From IMG/VR virus record IMGVR_UViG_3300040770_000334, positions 1 to 46,016 of that record: DNA of 46,016 bases, one strand, 5' to 3'. Made by a program: the position numbers and the translations under genes. Positions 1 to 9,512 of the stretch are shown here, in pieces. Under the pieces are notes generated by a model. That model had not been told where the DNA came from and ran no database searches. It was given only the letters and a program-made list of their open reading frames with translations. Position 1 is the stretch's first letter. Every line of letters begins with the position of its first letter. This DNA is from a virus.

Positions 1-807
1 GTTACTGGATTTAGTAATACCGATATTAGAGTAACTGGTGGTACGTATTCAAATGGTACGACTATATTTACTAATAATACTGGTGGTACGTTTAACGTTA
101 CTGGATTTAGCACTGCACCTAACACATCCGCTATATCAGTAATTAATACGAATAATTTGTTCTCAACTGGTTTATCTAATTCTGGTGCTGGTGCAACGGG
201 TGTTACACACTCAATTTTCTTTGGTCAAGCAGCTGGGCAAAATGCCCCAAATGCGTTTAATTCAAGTTTCATTGGGCTTAATGCTGGTTTTAACGCAAGT
301 GGTGCATCTAATTCAAATTTATTTGGTCAGAATGCTGGTAGGGGAGCAACAAATGCATCTAACTCAAATTTCATTGGTCAGAGTGCTGGTGATGGAGCAA
401 CAGGCGCATCTTACTCAGTTTGCATCGGTTATTTTGCTGGGGCTGGTATTGGTAATGGTAGTATTGGGAATAATAATGTTATTATTGGAAATAATGTATC
501 ATTGGTTAGTGGTAAAACAAATAGTATAAACGTAGGTGGGGTTTTATTTGGAACTGGAATCTATTCAGCAACAACAGGTAACCCAAGTGTTTCTGGTCAA
601 ACAACTGGTAGGTTAGGTATTAACATTGTTGAACCAACAGCTGTATTACATATTGGACCATCAACAACATTATCTGCTCTTATGAGACTTAGTATAGGTT
701 CAGCACCGACAACACCAAACGATGGTGATATTTGGTTTGAATCAAATACTGACACTGGGCTAAAAATAAGAGTTAACGGAATTACAAAAACAATTACATT
801 AAGCTAA
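1..807 (+). CDS. Tail-fibre-like repeat protein, 5' partial (starts upstream of the window)
   Basis: The frame is open from base 1 (VTGFSNTDIRVTGGTYSNGTTIFTNNTGGTFNVTGFS), so the track start at 157 is not real. It has ~14-aa S-N-F-I/F-G-x-x-A-G repeats and is paralogous to the C-terminal part of 12841..16287. Confidence 0.75.
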   Translation, partial: VTGFSNTDIRVTGGTYSNGTTIFTNNTGGTFNVTGFSTAPNTSAISVINTNNLFSTGLSNSGAGATGVTHSIFFGQAAGQNAPNAFNSSFIGLNAGFNASGASNSNLFGQNAGRGATNASNSNFIGQSAGDGATGASYSVCIGYFAGAGIGNGSIGNNNVIIGNNVSLVSGKTNSINVGGVLFGTGIYSATTGNPSVSGQTTGRLGINIVEPTAVLHIGPSTTLSALMRLSIGSAPTTPNDGDIWFESNTDTGLKIRVNGITKTITLS

Positions 808-825
808 AATAATTATAAACTTAAT

Positions 826-833
826 ATATTTAT
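826..833 (+). promoter_or_regulatory. Putative late promoter motif ATATTTAT
   Basis: The same 8-mer recurs upstream of most structural genes in this window. Confidence 0.6.
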
Positions 834-851
834 AAATAAATAAAACAAATT

Positions 852-1226
852 ATGGAGTTTTTTATAAACAAAAATGCAACTTTAAACAAATTAAAGTTAG
901 AACTTATTCAAGATGGAAGGAATGATTATAATTCCTTCTATCAAGAAATTCAAAATGCTAATATTTTTTTTACAATGACAGATGTAATCACTGGTGTAAA
1001 AAAAATAGCAAAAAAAACTGCTGGAATTGAATTGGTTTTACCAACAAGTGATTGTGTTGGTGAAGAATATTATCTTGTCTACCAATTCAATCAAAAAGAA
1101 ACATCTGTAGCTGGAAGGTACGTTGGTCAATTTGAGATAGATTTTCTTAACGGTACTGGTAAATTAATTGTACCAGTACGTGAAGAGTTATTTATCAACG
1201 TATTAGAGGGAAGTATTAAAAAATAA
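852..1226 (+). CDS. Small virion protein, BppU N-terminal (Ig-like) type
   Basis: FFINKNATL...TSVAGRYVGQFEIDF..LIVP pattern; late motif upstream. Confidence 0.5.
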   Translation: MEFFINKNATLNKLKLELIQDGRNDYNSFYQEIQNANIFFTMTDVITGVKKIAKKTAGIELVLPTSDCVGEEYYLVYQFNQKETSVAGRYVGQFEIDFLNGTGKLIVPVREELFINVLEGSIKK

Positions 1227-1237
1227 CCTTCAAAATG

Positions 1238-1268
1238 TTGTTTATCTAATTTTAAAAAAGTAAGTTTG
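1238..1268 (+). promoter_or_regulatory. Bacteroidota-type primary sigma promoter
   Basis: TTG(1238)-N20-TAAGTTTG(1261) matches TTG/-33 and TAnnTTTG/-7. Confidence 0.65.
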
Positions 1269-1303
1269 TTCTACAAACTTAAAAAAATATTTATGGGTCT
1301 GGG

Positions 1304-1334
1304 TTGCTAAATGGGATTTTATGTAGTAGTTTTG
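1304..1334 (+). promoter_or_regulatory. Second Bacteroidota-type promoter upstream of polB
   Basis: TTG(1304)-N20-TAGTTTTG(1327); this implies the true polymerase start is ATG 1350. Confidence 0.6.
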
Positions 1335-1349
1335 CACAAAATACATAAT

Positions 1350-4300
1350 ATGAGTAAAATAGAAAATAGTAAAATTGAGAATTTTTTAGAAGGTTCGGAC
1401 CCACAAAAATATATCGTAGCTGTAGAAGGTGGGTACGATAAAGCTACCGTAACTTTGGTAATTAACGACCCGAATGAGGATAAAAAAATGGTTGAACATA
1501 AATTTAAACCTTTTTTATGGTTTAAGGAAGATGTAACTCAATTAATTTATGGCGGTAAACGACTCAAAATAATTGAGGCTTGCCAGAAATATGGTGTAAA
1601 ACTCACAAAACTTAGAACTTGTGATGATAATGGTGACTCACCAGAACGGTTAGCAAATGGTTATAAATACCTAGCTACTTGTACACACTCTTACAACAAC
1701 TTAATCAATTTCTTTAAATATGGTGGTGTTGACTGTTTTAACGAGGAATTCAGAAGACTTTTCGTAACATTTAGTCCAGTAGAACAGTTTTTAATCCAAA
1801 CGGGTAAAAGACTATTCAAAGGGATGGACGATTATGATGATGTGCATAGACTTCAATTTGACTTAGAAACCGAGGGTTTATTTGCCTCATCTAACGCTAT
1901 TTTCCAAATAGGTATTCGTGATAACAGAGGGTTTGAAGGAGTCTTGGAAACACTTGGTAAGACTGGCCTTGAAAACAGACAATCTGAAAGAGATAACATC
2001 GAGAAGTTTTTTAAAGTGATTGATGCAATACAGCCCGATATTATAACTGGTTATAATTCAGAATCATTTGACTGGCCCTATATTTTTCAGCGTGCTGAAA
2101 GACTTAACATGGACGTTACTGATGTTGCAATCACCCTAAATAGAATATCTAAAATTAAACGTAAACCAGCAACAGTTAAATTTGGTGGTGATACTGAGAG
2201 GTATGAACAGACACACATGTTTGGGTATAATATTATTGACATATCACATGCTGTTCGGAGAGCAATGGCGATAAACTCAGAAATCAAGGCTTGGGGGTTA
2301 AAGTATATTACACAATACTCTGAGATTGCAAAACCTAATAGGGTTTATGTTCCTGGTGATAAAATTAACACAACTTGGGCCGATAAGGTAAATTCTTATG
2401 CATTTAATGACACCAATGGTGATTATTATATGATAACAGATAAAAAACCTTTAAAAACTAACTACGTGGTAGTAAAAGGTGATTATATTGTACAACGTTA
2501 CTTATGTGATGATTTATGGGAGACAGAACAAATTGATAATTTATTCAATCAAGCATCTTTCTTAATTGGTAAAATGTTACCTACTTCATTCCAAAGAAGT
2601 TCAACAATGGGTACTGCTGGTCAGTGGAAATTGATTATGGCCGCTTGGTCATATGAAAATGGTTTAGCTATACCAGAAACACAATCTAAACGTGAATTTA
2701 CAGGTGGTTTGGCTCGTTTATTAGAGGTAGGTTACGCTAAGAATGTTGTTAAACTAGATTATGCTGCATTATACCCTAAAATTCAATTAACACATGGTAT
2801 TTTCCCTTTGTTAGATATTAGTGGTGTTATGCAAGGTATGTTAACCTATGTAGTTGATACACGTGATAAATTTAAATTCCTTAACGGTAAAGAGAAAAAA
2901 ACATATAAAAAATTAGAAAAACAATTAGCTGAAAACAAAGCTTCATTATCTGAGAGTGAAATAACTAATCTTACCGAGGAAATAGCAAAACATAAAGCAT
3001 TGGCTAATTTATATGATAAGAAACAATTACCACTTAAAATTTTAGCTAACTCATGGTTTGGTTCATATGGTGCGCCATATATCTTTAATTGGGGTGACAC
3101 AGATTCAGCTGAAGAAACAACTTGTAGAGGTAGACAGTATTTACGTTTAATGGTTAGACATTTTACTGAAAAACATGGTTTTAGGGCGTTGGTTGGTGAT
3201 ACCGATGGTTTTAACTTTTCGTTTCCAGATAATATAGACGATATTAAATACACCGCAATTGGGAGTCACTGGAAAACAACAGATGATGCAAACAAAGAGT
3301 TAACTGGGTTAGATGCCGTTTTAGCTGAATTTAACGAGCACTATATGGAAGGTCGCATGGGTTTAGATATTGACGACATTTGTTCATCGACAATCAACTT
3401 TGCAAGAAAGAATTACGCTAATGATATCGGTGGTAAAATTAAATTAGTTGGAAACTCCGTTAAGTCTAAAAGGATGCCAGTTTATATCGAAGATTTCTTA
3501 GGTAAATCTATTCGTATGTTATTAGATGGCGATGGTTATTCTTTTATACAGTATTATTATGAGTATGTTGATAAAATCTATAACTATCAAATACCATTAG
3601 TTAAGATAGCTTCTAAAGGTAAGGTTAAGATTACAATGTCTGACTACAGAAAGAAAGCAACTCAGAAAAATAAAGCTGGTAACCCTATGCCTAAACAAGC
3701 GCATATGGAATTGGCTCTTAGAAATGAGTTAGATATTAAATTAGGCGATATTATTTATTATATAAACACTGGTGTCGTAAAATCTCATGGTGATTTAAAA
3801 ACTACAAAAAATAAGGAAACGGGTGTGTCAACGGTTACACTCAACTGTAAATTAATTGAACCTAATGTAGTTGAGAAGGATTTTGAAAAAATCAAAGAAC
3901 TAGATGTGCTTAAAAAAGCATTGACTAGAGTTCTAGAGGATGGTGATGATAGTTATGAATTTGTTCAAGCTAGAATCGACACAATCAATGATGAGTTGTT
4001 TACTGATGAATATAACGTTGCTCGTTATTTAGATGCATTTAATAAAAAAGTTAAACCTTTATTGGTTTGTTTTAATGAAGATGTTCGTGCAACAATTCTA
4101 TTAGACATCATTAAAATTAAAGATAAAGCAACAAAAAAAGTTACTGAAAAACTTAAAGAGAGAACAATTTTTACCAAACAAGAGTGTGAGTTGATTTCTG
4201 GAATACCAATGAAAGCTGGTGACCAAGATTCATATGAGGACCTTATGCGTATGGAAGATAAAGAGATTAAATTTTGGGACAAAGTAGATATGGTTCCGAA

Positions 4301-5111
4301 TAATATGGATGATGATGAGTGGATAGCACTTAGAGACGATTATAAGGTTAGAATGGTCATTGCCAAAGCAGAAGGTATCGAAAGAGAAAAAGAGGCTTTA
4401 GAAGACATATTTAAACACCTAGAGTTAGATGAGATTAACATAATGTATGATACGTTCATATTACCAATTGATATATTGGCTATTGCCGACATTTCAGATA
4501 GTGATAACTCTTTGAAGTCTAGAAGATGGGGTGAGAGTTTATGCGAATTAAACGATATTTTTAAATATGAGGAATTAGCGATTGAACGAGACGAGTATTA
4601 TACTTTGATGGGTCTTAAAACAGATGTAAAAAGGTATCAGAAATATTTGGATTACGACATGGAGCGAAAAATTATGACTGGTGACACAATATCAGTCAGT
4701 TACGTTGAGGTTGCTATTGTTGAAAGACCAATAGGTGAATTGATTAGTAACTTAAAAACAAATAACGGTAATATTATTGAAACGAATAAAGAAACAGTTG
4801 TTAAGAAAAAAGGTAGTGTTGAAACCGATGATGACGATACGGGTGTTGTACTTGATGCTAAGGGTAATGTTATCTCAAGAGAAGATGAGAACCTTAAGTT
4901 AGATGATGAGTTTGATGATTCGGTTGCTGATATGCCCGATGATTATGAAGTAAATTACGAATCATATACTGATGATGAACCATATGGTAACACTTTGGTC
5001 GAACCAATAATAAATAATGAAATTGGTAAGATTAAAATAGAACCAGTTATAGTTAATAAAATTATAGTTGTTGCAACTAAAGTGGAATCAGACGATGAAT
5101 GGGGTTTTTAA
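1350..5111 (+). CDS. polB: Family B DNA polymerase with proofreading exonuclease and long acidic C-terminal extension
   Basis: Exonuclease motifs FDLET, GYNSESFDWPYI and YLCDD; polymerase motifs KLDYAALYP, KILANSWFGSYG, GDTDG and RKNYA. Start moved from 1311 to 1350 on promoter position. Confidence 0.95.
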   Translation: MSKIENSKIENFLEGSDPQKYIVAVEGGYDKATVTLVINDPNEDKKMVEHKFKPFLWFKEDVTQLIYGGKRLKIIEACQKYGVKLTKLRTCDDNGDSPERLANGYKYLATCTHSYNNLINFFKYGGVDCFNEEFRRLFVTFSPVEQFLIQTGKRLFKGMDDYDDVHRLQFDLETEGLFASSNAIFQIGIRDNRGFEGVLETLGKTGLENRQSERDNIEKFFKVIDAIQPDIITGYNSESFDWPYIFQRAERLNMDVTDVAITLNRISKIKRKPATVKFGGDTERYEQTHMFGYNIIDISHAVRRAMAINSEIKAWGLKYITQYSEIAKPNRVYVPGDKINTTWADKVNSYAFNDTNGDYYMITDKKPLKTNYVVVKGDYIVQRYLCDDLWETEQIDNLFNQASFLIGKMLPTSFQRSSTMGTAGQWKLIMAAWSYENGLAIPETQSKREFTGGLARLLEVGYAKNVVKLDYAALYPKIQLTHGIFPLLDISGVMQGMLTYVVDTRDKFKFLNGKEKKTYKKLEKQLAENKASLSESEITNLTEEIAKHKALANLYDKKQLPLKILANSWFGSYGAPYIFNWGDTDSAEETTCRGRQYLRLMVRHFTEKHGFRALVGDTDGFNFSFPDNIDDIKYTAIGSHWKTTDDANKELTGLDAVLAEFNEHYMEGRMGLDIDDICSSTINFARKNYANDIGGKIKLVGNSVKSKRMPVYIEDFLGKSIRMLLDGDGYSFIQYYYEYVDKIYNYQIPLVKIASKGKVKITMSDYRKKATQKNKAGNPMPKQAHMELALRNELDIKLGDIIYYINTGVVKSHGDLKTTKNKETGVSTVTLNCKLIEPNVVEKDFEKIKELDVLKKALTRVLEDGDDSYEFVQARIDTINDELFTDEYNVARYLDAFNKKVKPLLVCFNEDVRATILLDIIKIKDKATKKVTEKLKERTIFTKQECELISGIPMKAGDQDSYEDLMRMEDKEIKFWDKVDMVPNNMDDDEWIALRDDYKVRMVIAKAEGIEREKEALEDIFKHLELDEINIMYDTFILPIDILAIADISDSDNSLKSRRWGESLCELNDIFKYEELAIERDEYYTLMGLKTDVKRYQKYLDYDMERKIMTGDTISVSYVEVAIVERPIGELISNLKTNNGNIIETNKETVVKKKGSVETDDDDTGVVLDAKGNVISREDENLKLDDEFDDSVADMPDDYEVNYESYTDDEPYGNTLVEPIINNEIGKIKIEPVIVNKIIVVATKVESDDEWGF

Positions 5112-5112
5112 T

Positions 5113-5139
5113 AAAGAAAGGGGCTTAGGCCCCTTTTTT
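5113..5139. terminator. Bidirectional intrinsic terminator between convergent genes
   Basis: aaaggggc-ttag-gccccttt flanked by A and T runs. Confidence 0.85.
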
Positions 5140-5141
5140 AT

Positions 5142-6287
5142 TTAATATACGTAAAAACCTAGTGGTCTAAAACCTAAAGATTTATTTAAATTTTCAGCCT
5201 CATTCGCACTTCGCTCTAATTGTGCAGTAGAGCTCAATCTCAATAGTCTCGCATCCAATCTTTCTAAGACAGCCTTTTTCTCTTCATTACCTTCAGATAT
5301 AAGCGTTTCATAATCCATTGTTCTTTCAGCCTCTGGTGGTCCAACTAATCCACCAAACTTACCACGTGTTCTACCTAATGCTTTTTTTGCCTCAGCAATA
5401 AATAATTGTCTAACAAGTGTTTTGGTTGGTTCATTAAAATCAGAAAAATCTAATTTCGCCAAACCCACTTGATTTGGATATTTTATAATGTCTGGGTTAT
5501 CTCTTTTACAATCAGCCAAATTTTCTGGTGTCGTATCGTAATAATGATACCAAACATTACAACCAGTCATGTTTATTGAACTATTACCAGCAGCACCAGA
5601 ACCAGCAGAGCCAAACGATAGTTTAGAACCAGGAACAGATAACAAATGCAACAATTTGGTCCCATTAGGACCAGCCGTAATTTTATACACTAATTCACTT
5701 CTAACAATTCTATTTTTAAGATTCATATCAGCAGCAGTAAGTAAGATATCAAAAGCTGGTGCGATATAATACCCACTTCTTTGACCACCACCACCAGTTC
5801 CCATTCCACCACCAGTTTGTGCCATACCACCACCAAAACCAGAATCAATTCCACCATAATTGGCAAGTAACGCTTGGCTAGTAGCTGGTGGAGTTATCCA
5901 TAACACTTCATTAACTTCACGTCCAGCTGGTATTGAATAAACTTGTCTACCAGCTTCAAGCTCAACATAATCTTTCTTAAGTTCCCAAGGTCCATTGGTT
6001 TGTAAACCAACTTGTTTTGAATACGCATAAGTGTATTGTGTCGTAAAATCAAAACCTCTAACACTAAGGGCAAATGCCATATCAGTGCTATCAACGTTTT
6101 GACCTAATAATGATTGCCATTGGTGTTCTACCAGCCATTCTTGTACATACTGAGCATAATCCTCAATAGACATTTCTAATAGTGTACACAACATTTCGTC
6201 CGTAACTTCAATTTGTCTAATAGGAGCACCTACTGAATGTCTAAACTGACGGAAAAGTTTATCTTGGTCTTCGTTACTTACTGGCAT
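5142..6287 (-). CDS. Neck / head-tail adaptor protein (T4 gp13-like)
   Basis: N-terminal GAPIRQIEVTDE, C-terminal AKKALGRTRGKF...LISEGNEEK; late motif upstream. Confidence 0.75.
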   Translation of the reverse strand: MPVSNEDQDKLFRQFRHSVGAPIRQIEVTDEMLCTLLEMSIEDYAQYVQEWLVEHQWQSLLGQNVDSTDMAFALSVRGFDFTTQYTYAYSKQVGLQTNGPWELKKDYVELEAGRQVYSIPAGREVNEVLWITPPATSQALLANYGGIDSGFGGGMAQTGGGMGTGGGGQRSGYYIAPAFDILLTAADMNLKNRIVRSELVYKITAGPNGTKLLHLLSVPGSKLSFGSAGSGAAGNSSINMTGCNVWYHYYDTTPENLADCKRDNPDIIKYPNQVGLAKLDFSDFNEPTKTLVRQLFIAEAKKALGRTRGKFGGLVGPPEAERTMDYETLISEGNEEKKAVLERLDARLLRLSSTAQLERSANEAENLNKSLGFRPLGFYVY

Positions 6288-6302
6288 AATTTTTCTTTTA
6301 TT

Positions 6303-6310
6303 ATAAATAT
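6303..6310 (-). promoter_or_regulatory. Putative late promoter motif ATATTTAT (minus strand)
   Basis: ataaatat on the + strand, 15 nt upstream of the neck gene start and oriented with the gene. Confidence 0.6.
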
Positions 6311-6338
6311 AATAAAATAATGAATTATTTTAAAATAA

Positions 6339-6755
6339 TTATTTTAGTAACCCAAATCCTTTTAGTATTATATCTAAACTTTCATATAAGAACTTTTTAC
6401 TTTGAATGGCATCAACCATGAGAGATTCACAATCGATTATACCACCATCGTCTGTCGCTATATTTAACATAGGAAAACTACTTAAAACATAACTTAAATT
6501 TTTTTTAACCTCAGCTACAAAAAGTTTAGTAACTATAAAATTTTTTCCATTAATTTCTAAAGGAAGTTCTAATAATTTAATATCTACATTATTGGTATCG
6601 CTCCATTCTTTTATATAACGAATATAATCCTCAATGGTAATTATTAATAATTGCTCTAAAATTTCATCAGTAATGTTTATTTGCCTAATAGGGTAACCCA
6701 GTACACGTCTTACATGTTTAAACAATAATAATTGCTCACTTTTATTAACTAACAA
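6339..6755 (-). CDS. Short, internally deleted paralog of the adjacent neck protein
   Basis: Visible alignment to both termini of 5142..6287; TTG start directly after the glutaredoxin stop. Confidence 0.7.
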   Translation of the reverse strand: MLVNKSEQLLLFKHVRRVLGYPIRQINITDEILEQLLIITIEDYIRYIKEWSDTNNVDIKLLELPLEINGKNFIVTKLFVAEVKKNLSYVLSSFPMLNIATDDGGIIDCESLMVDAIQSKKFLYESLDIILKGFGLLK

Positions 6756-6756
6756 A

Positions 6757-7017
6757 CTATTCTTCTCTTAGAATTTGTGCAGTAATCTCATAACACTCTC
6801 TAATTGACTTAAATGACACATTCGGTATTAAAAGTTGGTTCTTAACCGCAACGATGGGTACGTCATCTGATTTAGTTATTTCAGTTAACTGATTATATTC
6901 TGATTCATTCTCTGGTAGATTTACATCCACATCTAAAAATTCTACACCCTCTGCTATGAATATATCTTTTAATTCAACGCAGTAAGGACAATTTGGTATA
7001 CTATAAACTTTAACCAT
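6757..7017 (-). CDS. Glutaredoxin / NrdH-like redoxin
   Basis: 86 aa, VKVYS..CPYC active site, VP motif. Confidence 0.9.
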   Translation of the reverse strand: MVKVYSIPNCPYCVELKDIFIAEGVEFLDVDVNLPENESEYNQLTEITKSDDVPIVAVKNQLLIPNVSFKSIRECYEITAQILREE

Positions 7018-8860
7018 CTATTCCATTTATTAATTCATCTACCATTAAAGTAGTTATTTCTTCATCACTTAACTTTTTATCACCCATGATTATATTGATT
7101 ATATCTTTTTTATTTTTTAACATAGACCACATTCTAGTCGATATAGTATTTGAAAATAATTGATAGTAAACATTTACGTCATTTTTCTGACCTATACGAA
7201 ACGCTCTATCTTCGGCTTGCTCATTATTTCCTGGTACCCAGTCAAATGAATTAAAGATTACAACCGTTGCTTCTGTAAGTGTAATCGCAACACCAGCCGA
7301 TTTAATATTCCCAATAAAAACTTTAACTTTAGCGTTTTCTTGGAACGCATCAACTGATTTTTGCTTGGCTTTAGCACTCATAACTCCATTATGACAAACA
7401 CCCAATTTTCCAAAATGTTTTGATAGCGTTTCTAATTCTTCAGTAAAACTAGTAAAGATAATAACTTTTCTACCCATAGCAATAGCATTCTCAACCATTT
7501 CAATAGTGTATGGAATCGCTTGGTTAGCGATAAATTGCCTTAACAGTATTAATTCAACTAAATCTTTTTGTAAATTACCTGTTTTTTTACCAGCTTTTTG
7601 TTTAGTTTCGATATAATCATCCCATAGCGCATTGTATTCCTTAACACCTTTTATTGATAGGTTATGGTATGTCGGGGAAATTACTTTATCTGGCATATCC
7701 AAAACATCAACTTTAAGTCTCCTTAAAATAATATTTTTAGTTTTTGCTGACAACTCATCCAAGTTAGATGCTCCATCAGTAAGCCATATCTGTTTCCTAA
7801 GACCATTTTTAAGCACTTTAAAGAACTGTTTCCCATCACAGTATCTAACGGCATAGTGTTTCCAGTTTTCAGCGATAGGAGACTTAATAATTTTCAATAA
7901 ATTAAAGAAATCCATAGGTCTATTAGCTACGGGTGTTCCAGTCAATAACCAAACTTTAGGTGTTTTAAATTTAACACTCAATTCAGCCATTATCTTACCA
8001 CGAATACTCTCATGGTTTTTAAGGTAATGGGCCTCATCAATAATTATTAAATCAAAACCAGCGTTAACTAAATCTCGATTTAATGGCACAACAATTTCAC
8101 CTTCTTTGGGTTTCTTTGTTTCACCCATACCGTGAAAGTTTTTAAGTATGTCAAAATTGATAATTGTGAATTTTGATTCATTCCACACCTTACCATCAAC
8201 AATAGCTGTTTCATCACTGAAAACGTTTATCTCACGCTCCCAGTTAATTTTTGCCGAAGCTGGTGCAACAACTAATATTTTTTTAGCTTTTGACTCTATA
8301 GCAGCAATAATGGCTTGGGTAGTTTTACCCAGACCCATATCGTCAGCTAAGATACACCCATTTCTAGTTAATAAAAATTTAATACCTTCCTCTTGGTGAG
8401 TATACAATTTTTTACCCGTTTTACCTAAAACATCATTATACACATTAAAATCAACAGCTACCTTGATATCATCAAAATATGGGTCATCAGTTACTTGCGT
8501 TTTAGGTAACCAATACATTGCTGATTCAACTTGTTTTTGTGTTAACTTTCCATAAACATGAAATGTTTTTTCAGTTTCAGCTAAAATGAATTCAACCAAC
8601 AACCTCTCTGGTGTAAAGTTTAACCCGTGTTGCTTTTGAAGCTCATCACCTAAATATTTAGTGATATTTAAGACTCTATTAATATACATCGGAGCCTTTT
8701 GATGGTTGTCCATAATATATTTCGTCTGATTCTCTGTTAATACCAATTTTTTCTTTTTAAGTAACTCATTTTTAAGTTTTCTTATATATGGGTTGATACC
8801 ATCGTAGCTCTCCAATAGTGATAGAGCTTGACGACTTTTTATGTTTTCTAAATTTATCAA
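7010..8860 (-). CDS. SNF2-family (SMARCAL1/HARP-like) helicase/ATPase
   Basis: ILADDMGLGKT, IIDEAH, LTGTPVANRP and QAEDRAFRIGQ motifs; TTG start. Confidence 0.92.
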   Translation of the reverse strand: MINLENIKSRQALSLLESYDGINPYIRKLKNELLKKKKLVLTENQTKYIMDNHQKAPMYINRVLNITKYLGDELQKQHGLNFTPERLLVEFILAETEKTFHVYGKLTQKQVESAMYWLPKTQVTDDPYFDDIKVAVDFNVYNDVLGKTGKKLYTHQEEGIKFLLTRNGCILADDMGLGKTTQAIIAAIESKAKKILVVAPASAKINWEREINVFSDETAIVDGKVWNESKFTIINFDILKNFHGMGETKKPKEGEIVVPLNRDLVNAGFDLIIIDEAHYLKNHESIRGKIMAELSVKFKTPKVWLLTGTPVANRPMDFFNLLKIIKSPIAENWKHYAVRYCDGKQFFKVLKNGLRKQIWLTDGASNLDELSAKTKNIILRRLKVDVLDMPDKVISPTYHNLSIKGVKEYNALWDDYIETKQKAGKKTGNLQKDLVELILLRQFIANQAIPYTIEMVENAIAMGRKVIIFTSFTEELETLSKHFGKLGVCHNGVMSAKAKQKSVDAFQENAKVKVFIGNIKSAGVAITLTEATVVIFNSFDWVPGNNEQAEDRAFRIGQKNDVNVYYQLFSNTISTRMWSMLKNKKDIINIIMGDKKLSDEEITTLMVDELINGIDG

Positions 8861-8896
8861 TTAATAATTATGTGTTTAAACTTGGTAATTTTATTA

Positions 8897-8925
8897 AATA
8901 TACTAAAAGATTTAATAAAAATCAA
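8897..8925 (-). promoter_or_regulatory. Putative early promoter for the helicase-glutaredoxin operon
   Basis: Minus strand TTGATT-N17-TATATT. Confidence 0.45.
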
Positions 8926-8954
8926 TAGTTTATTGTTTATTATCTAAAATGTAA

Positions 8955-8962
8955 ATATTTAT
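8955..8962 (+). promoter_or_regulatory. Putative late promoter motif ATATTTAT
   Basis: Recurrent motif, 9 nt before ATG 8972. Confidence 0.6.
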
Positions 8963-8971
8963 TATAAAAAG

Positions 8972-9490
8972 ATGAGTAAAAAAATAATTCCAATCACTAG
9001 AATTAACAAATTTTTTTCTGGTGAGGACTTTAATTTGGAAGTGGAAATGGGTCGTGAGGCTATTGAAGGTGATGGTAATTTTACCGTTGTATTGTATCGT
9101 GTTGATAGGGAAATGACCGAATCAGATAACTTATATGGTGAAGCATCAAAAGATGGTATACGTTATTTCCCACCAATAGAATTGAAGGTAATTCCGATAT
9201 TAGCGGAAGCAGTAAATAAAACATATAACAATAATGGTGGGTTAAGATACCTACAAGATGGTCAGTTAACATTTGGTATTTATTCGGCACAATTAGTTGA
9301 GTTGAAAACAACGATATCTTATGGTGATTATATCGGTTACCCTGTTTCAGAAACAGAGATACGGTATTTTACCGTGGTTAATGATGGTAGTAAAAACTAT
9401 GATAATAAACACACAATAATGGGGTATAAAGGTGCTTTTCAAACAGTAATCTGTACACCAGCAGACACCACTGAATTTAAGGGTGTATAA
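8972..9490 (+). CDS. Neck / head-closure protein (gp14-like)
   Basis: DNLYGEA and GDYIGY motifs, size, and position before the gp15-like gene. Confidence 0.6.
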   Translation: MSKKIIPITRINKFFSGEDFNLEVEMGREAIEGDGNFTVVLYRVDREMTESDNLYGEASKDGIRYFPPIELKVIPILAEAVNKTYNNNGGLRYLQDGQLTFGIYSAQLVELKTTISYGDYIGYPVSETEIRYFTVVNDGSKNYDNKHTIMGYKGAFQTVICTPADTTEFKGV

Positions 9491-9512
9491 TAAATAAAAA
9501 AATTAGTTAATT

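Noticed and set aside
1311-1349. polB start at 1311
   Set aside because: It overlaps a promoter; ATG 1350 fits better.
1350-5111. Intein or intron in polB
   Set aside because: No intein terminal or LAGLIDADG motifs were seen; the catalytic motifs are normally spaced and the extra length is mostly C-terminal.
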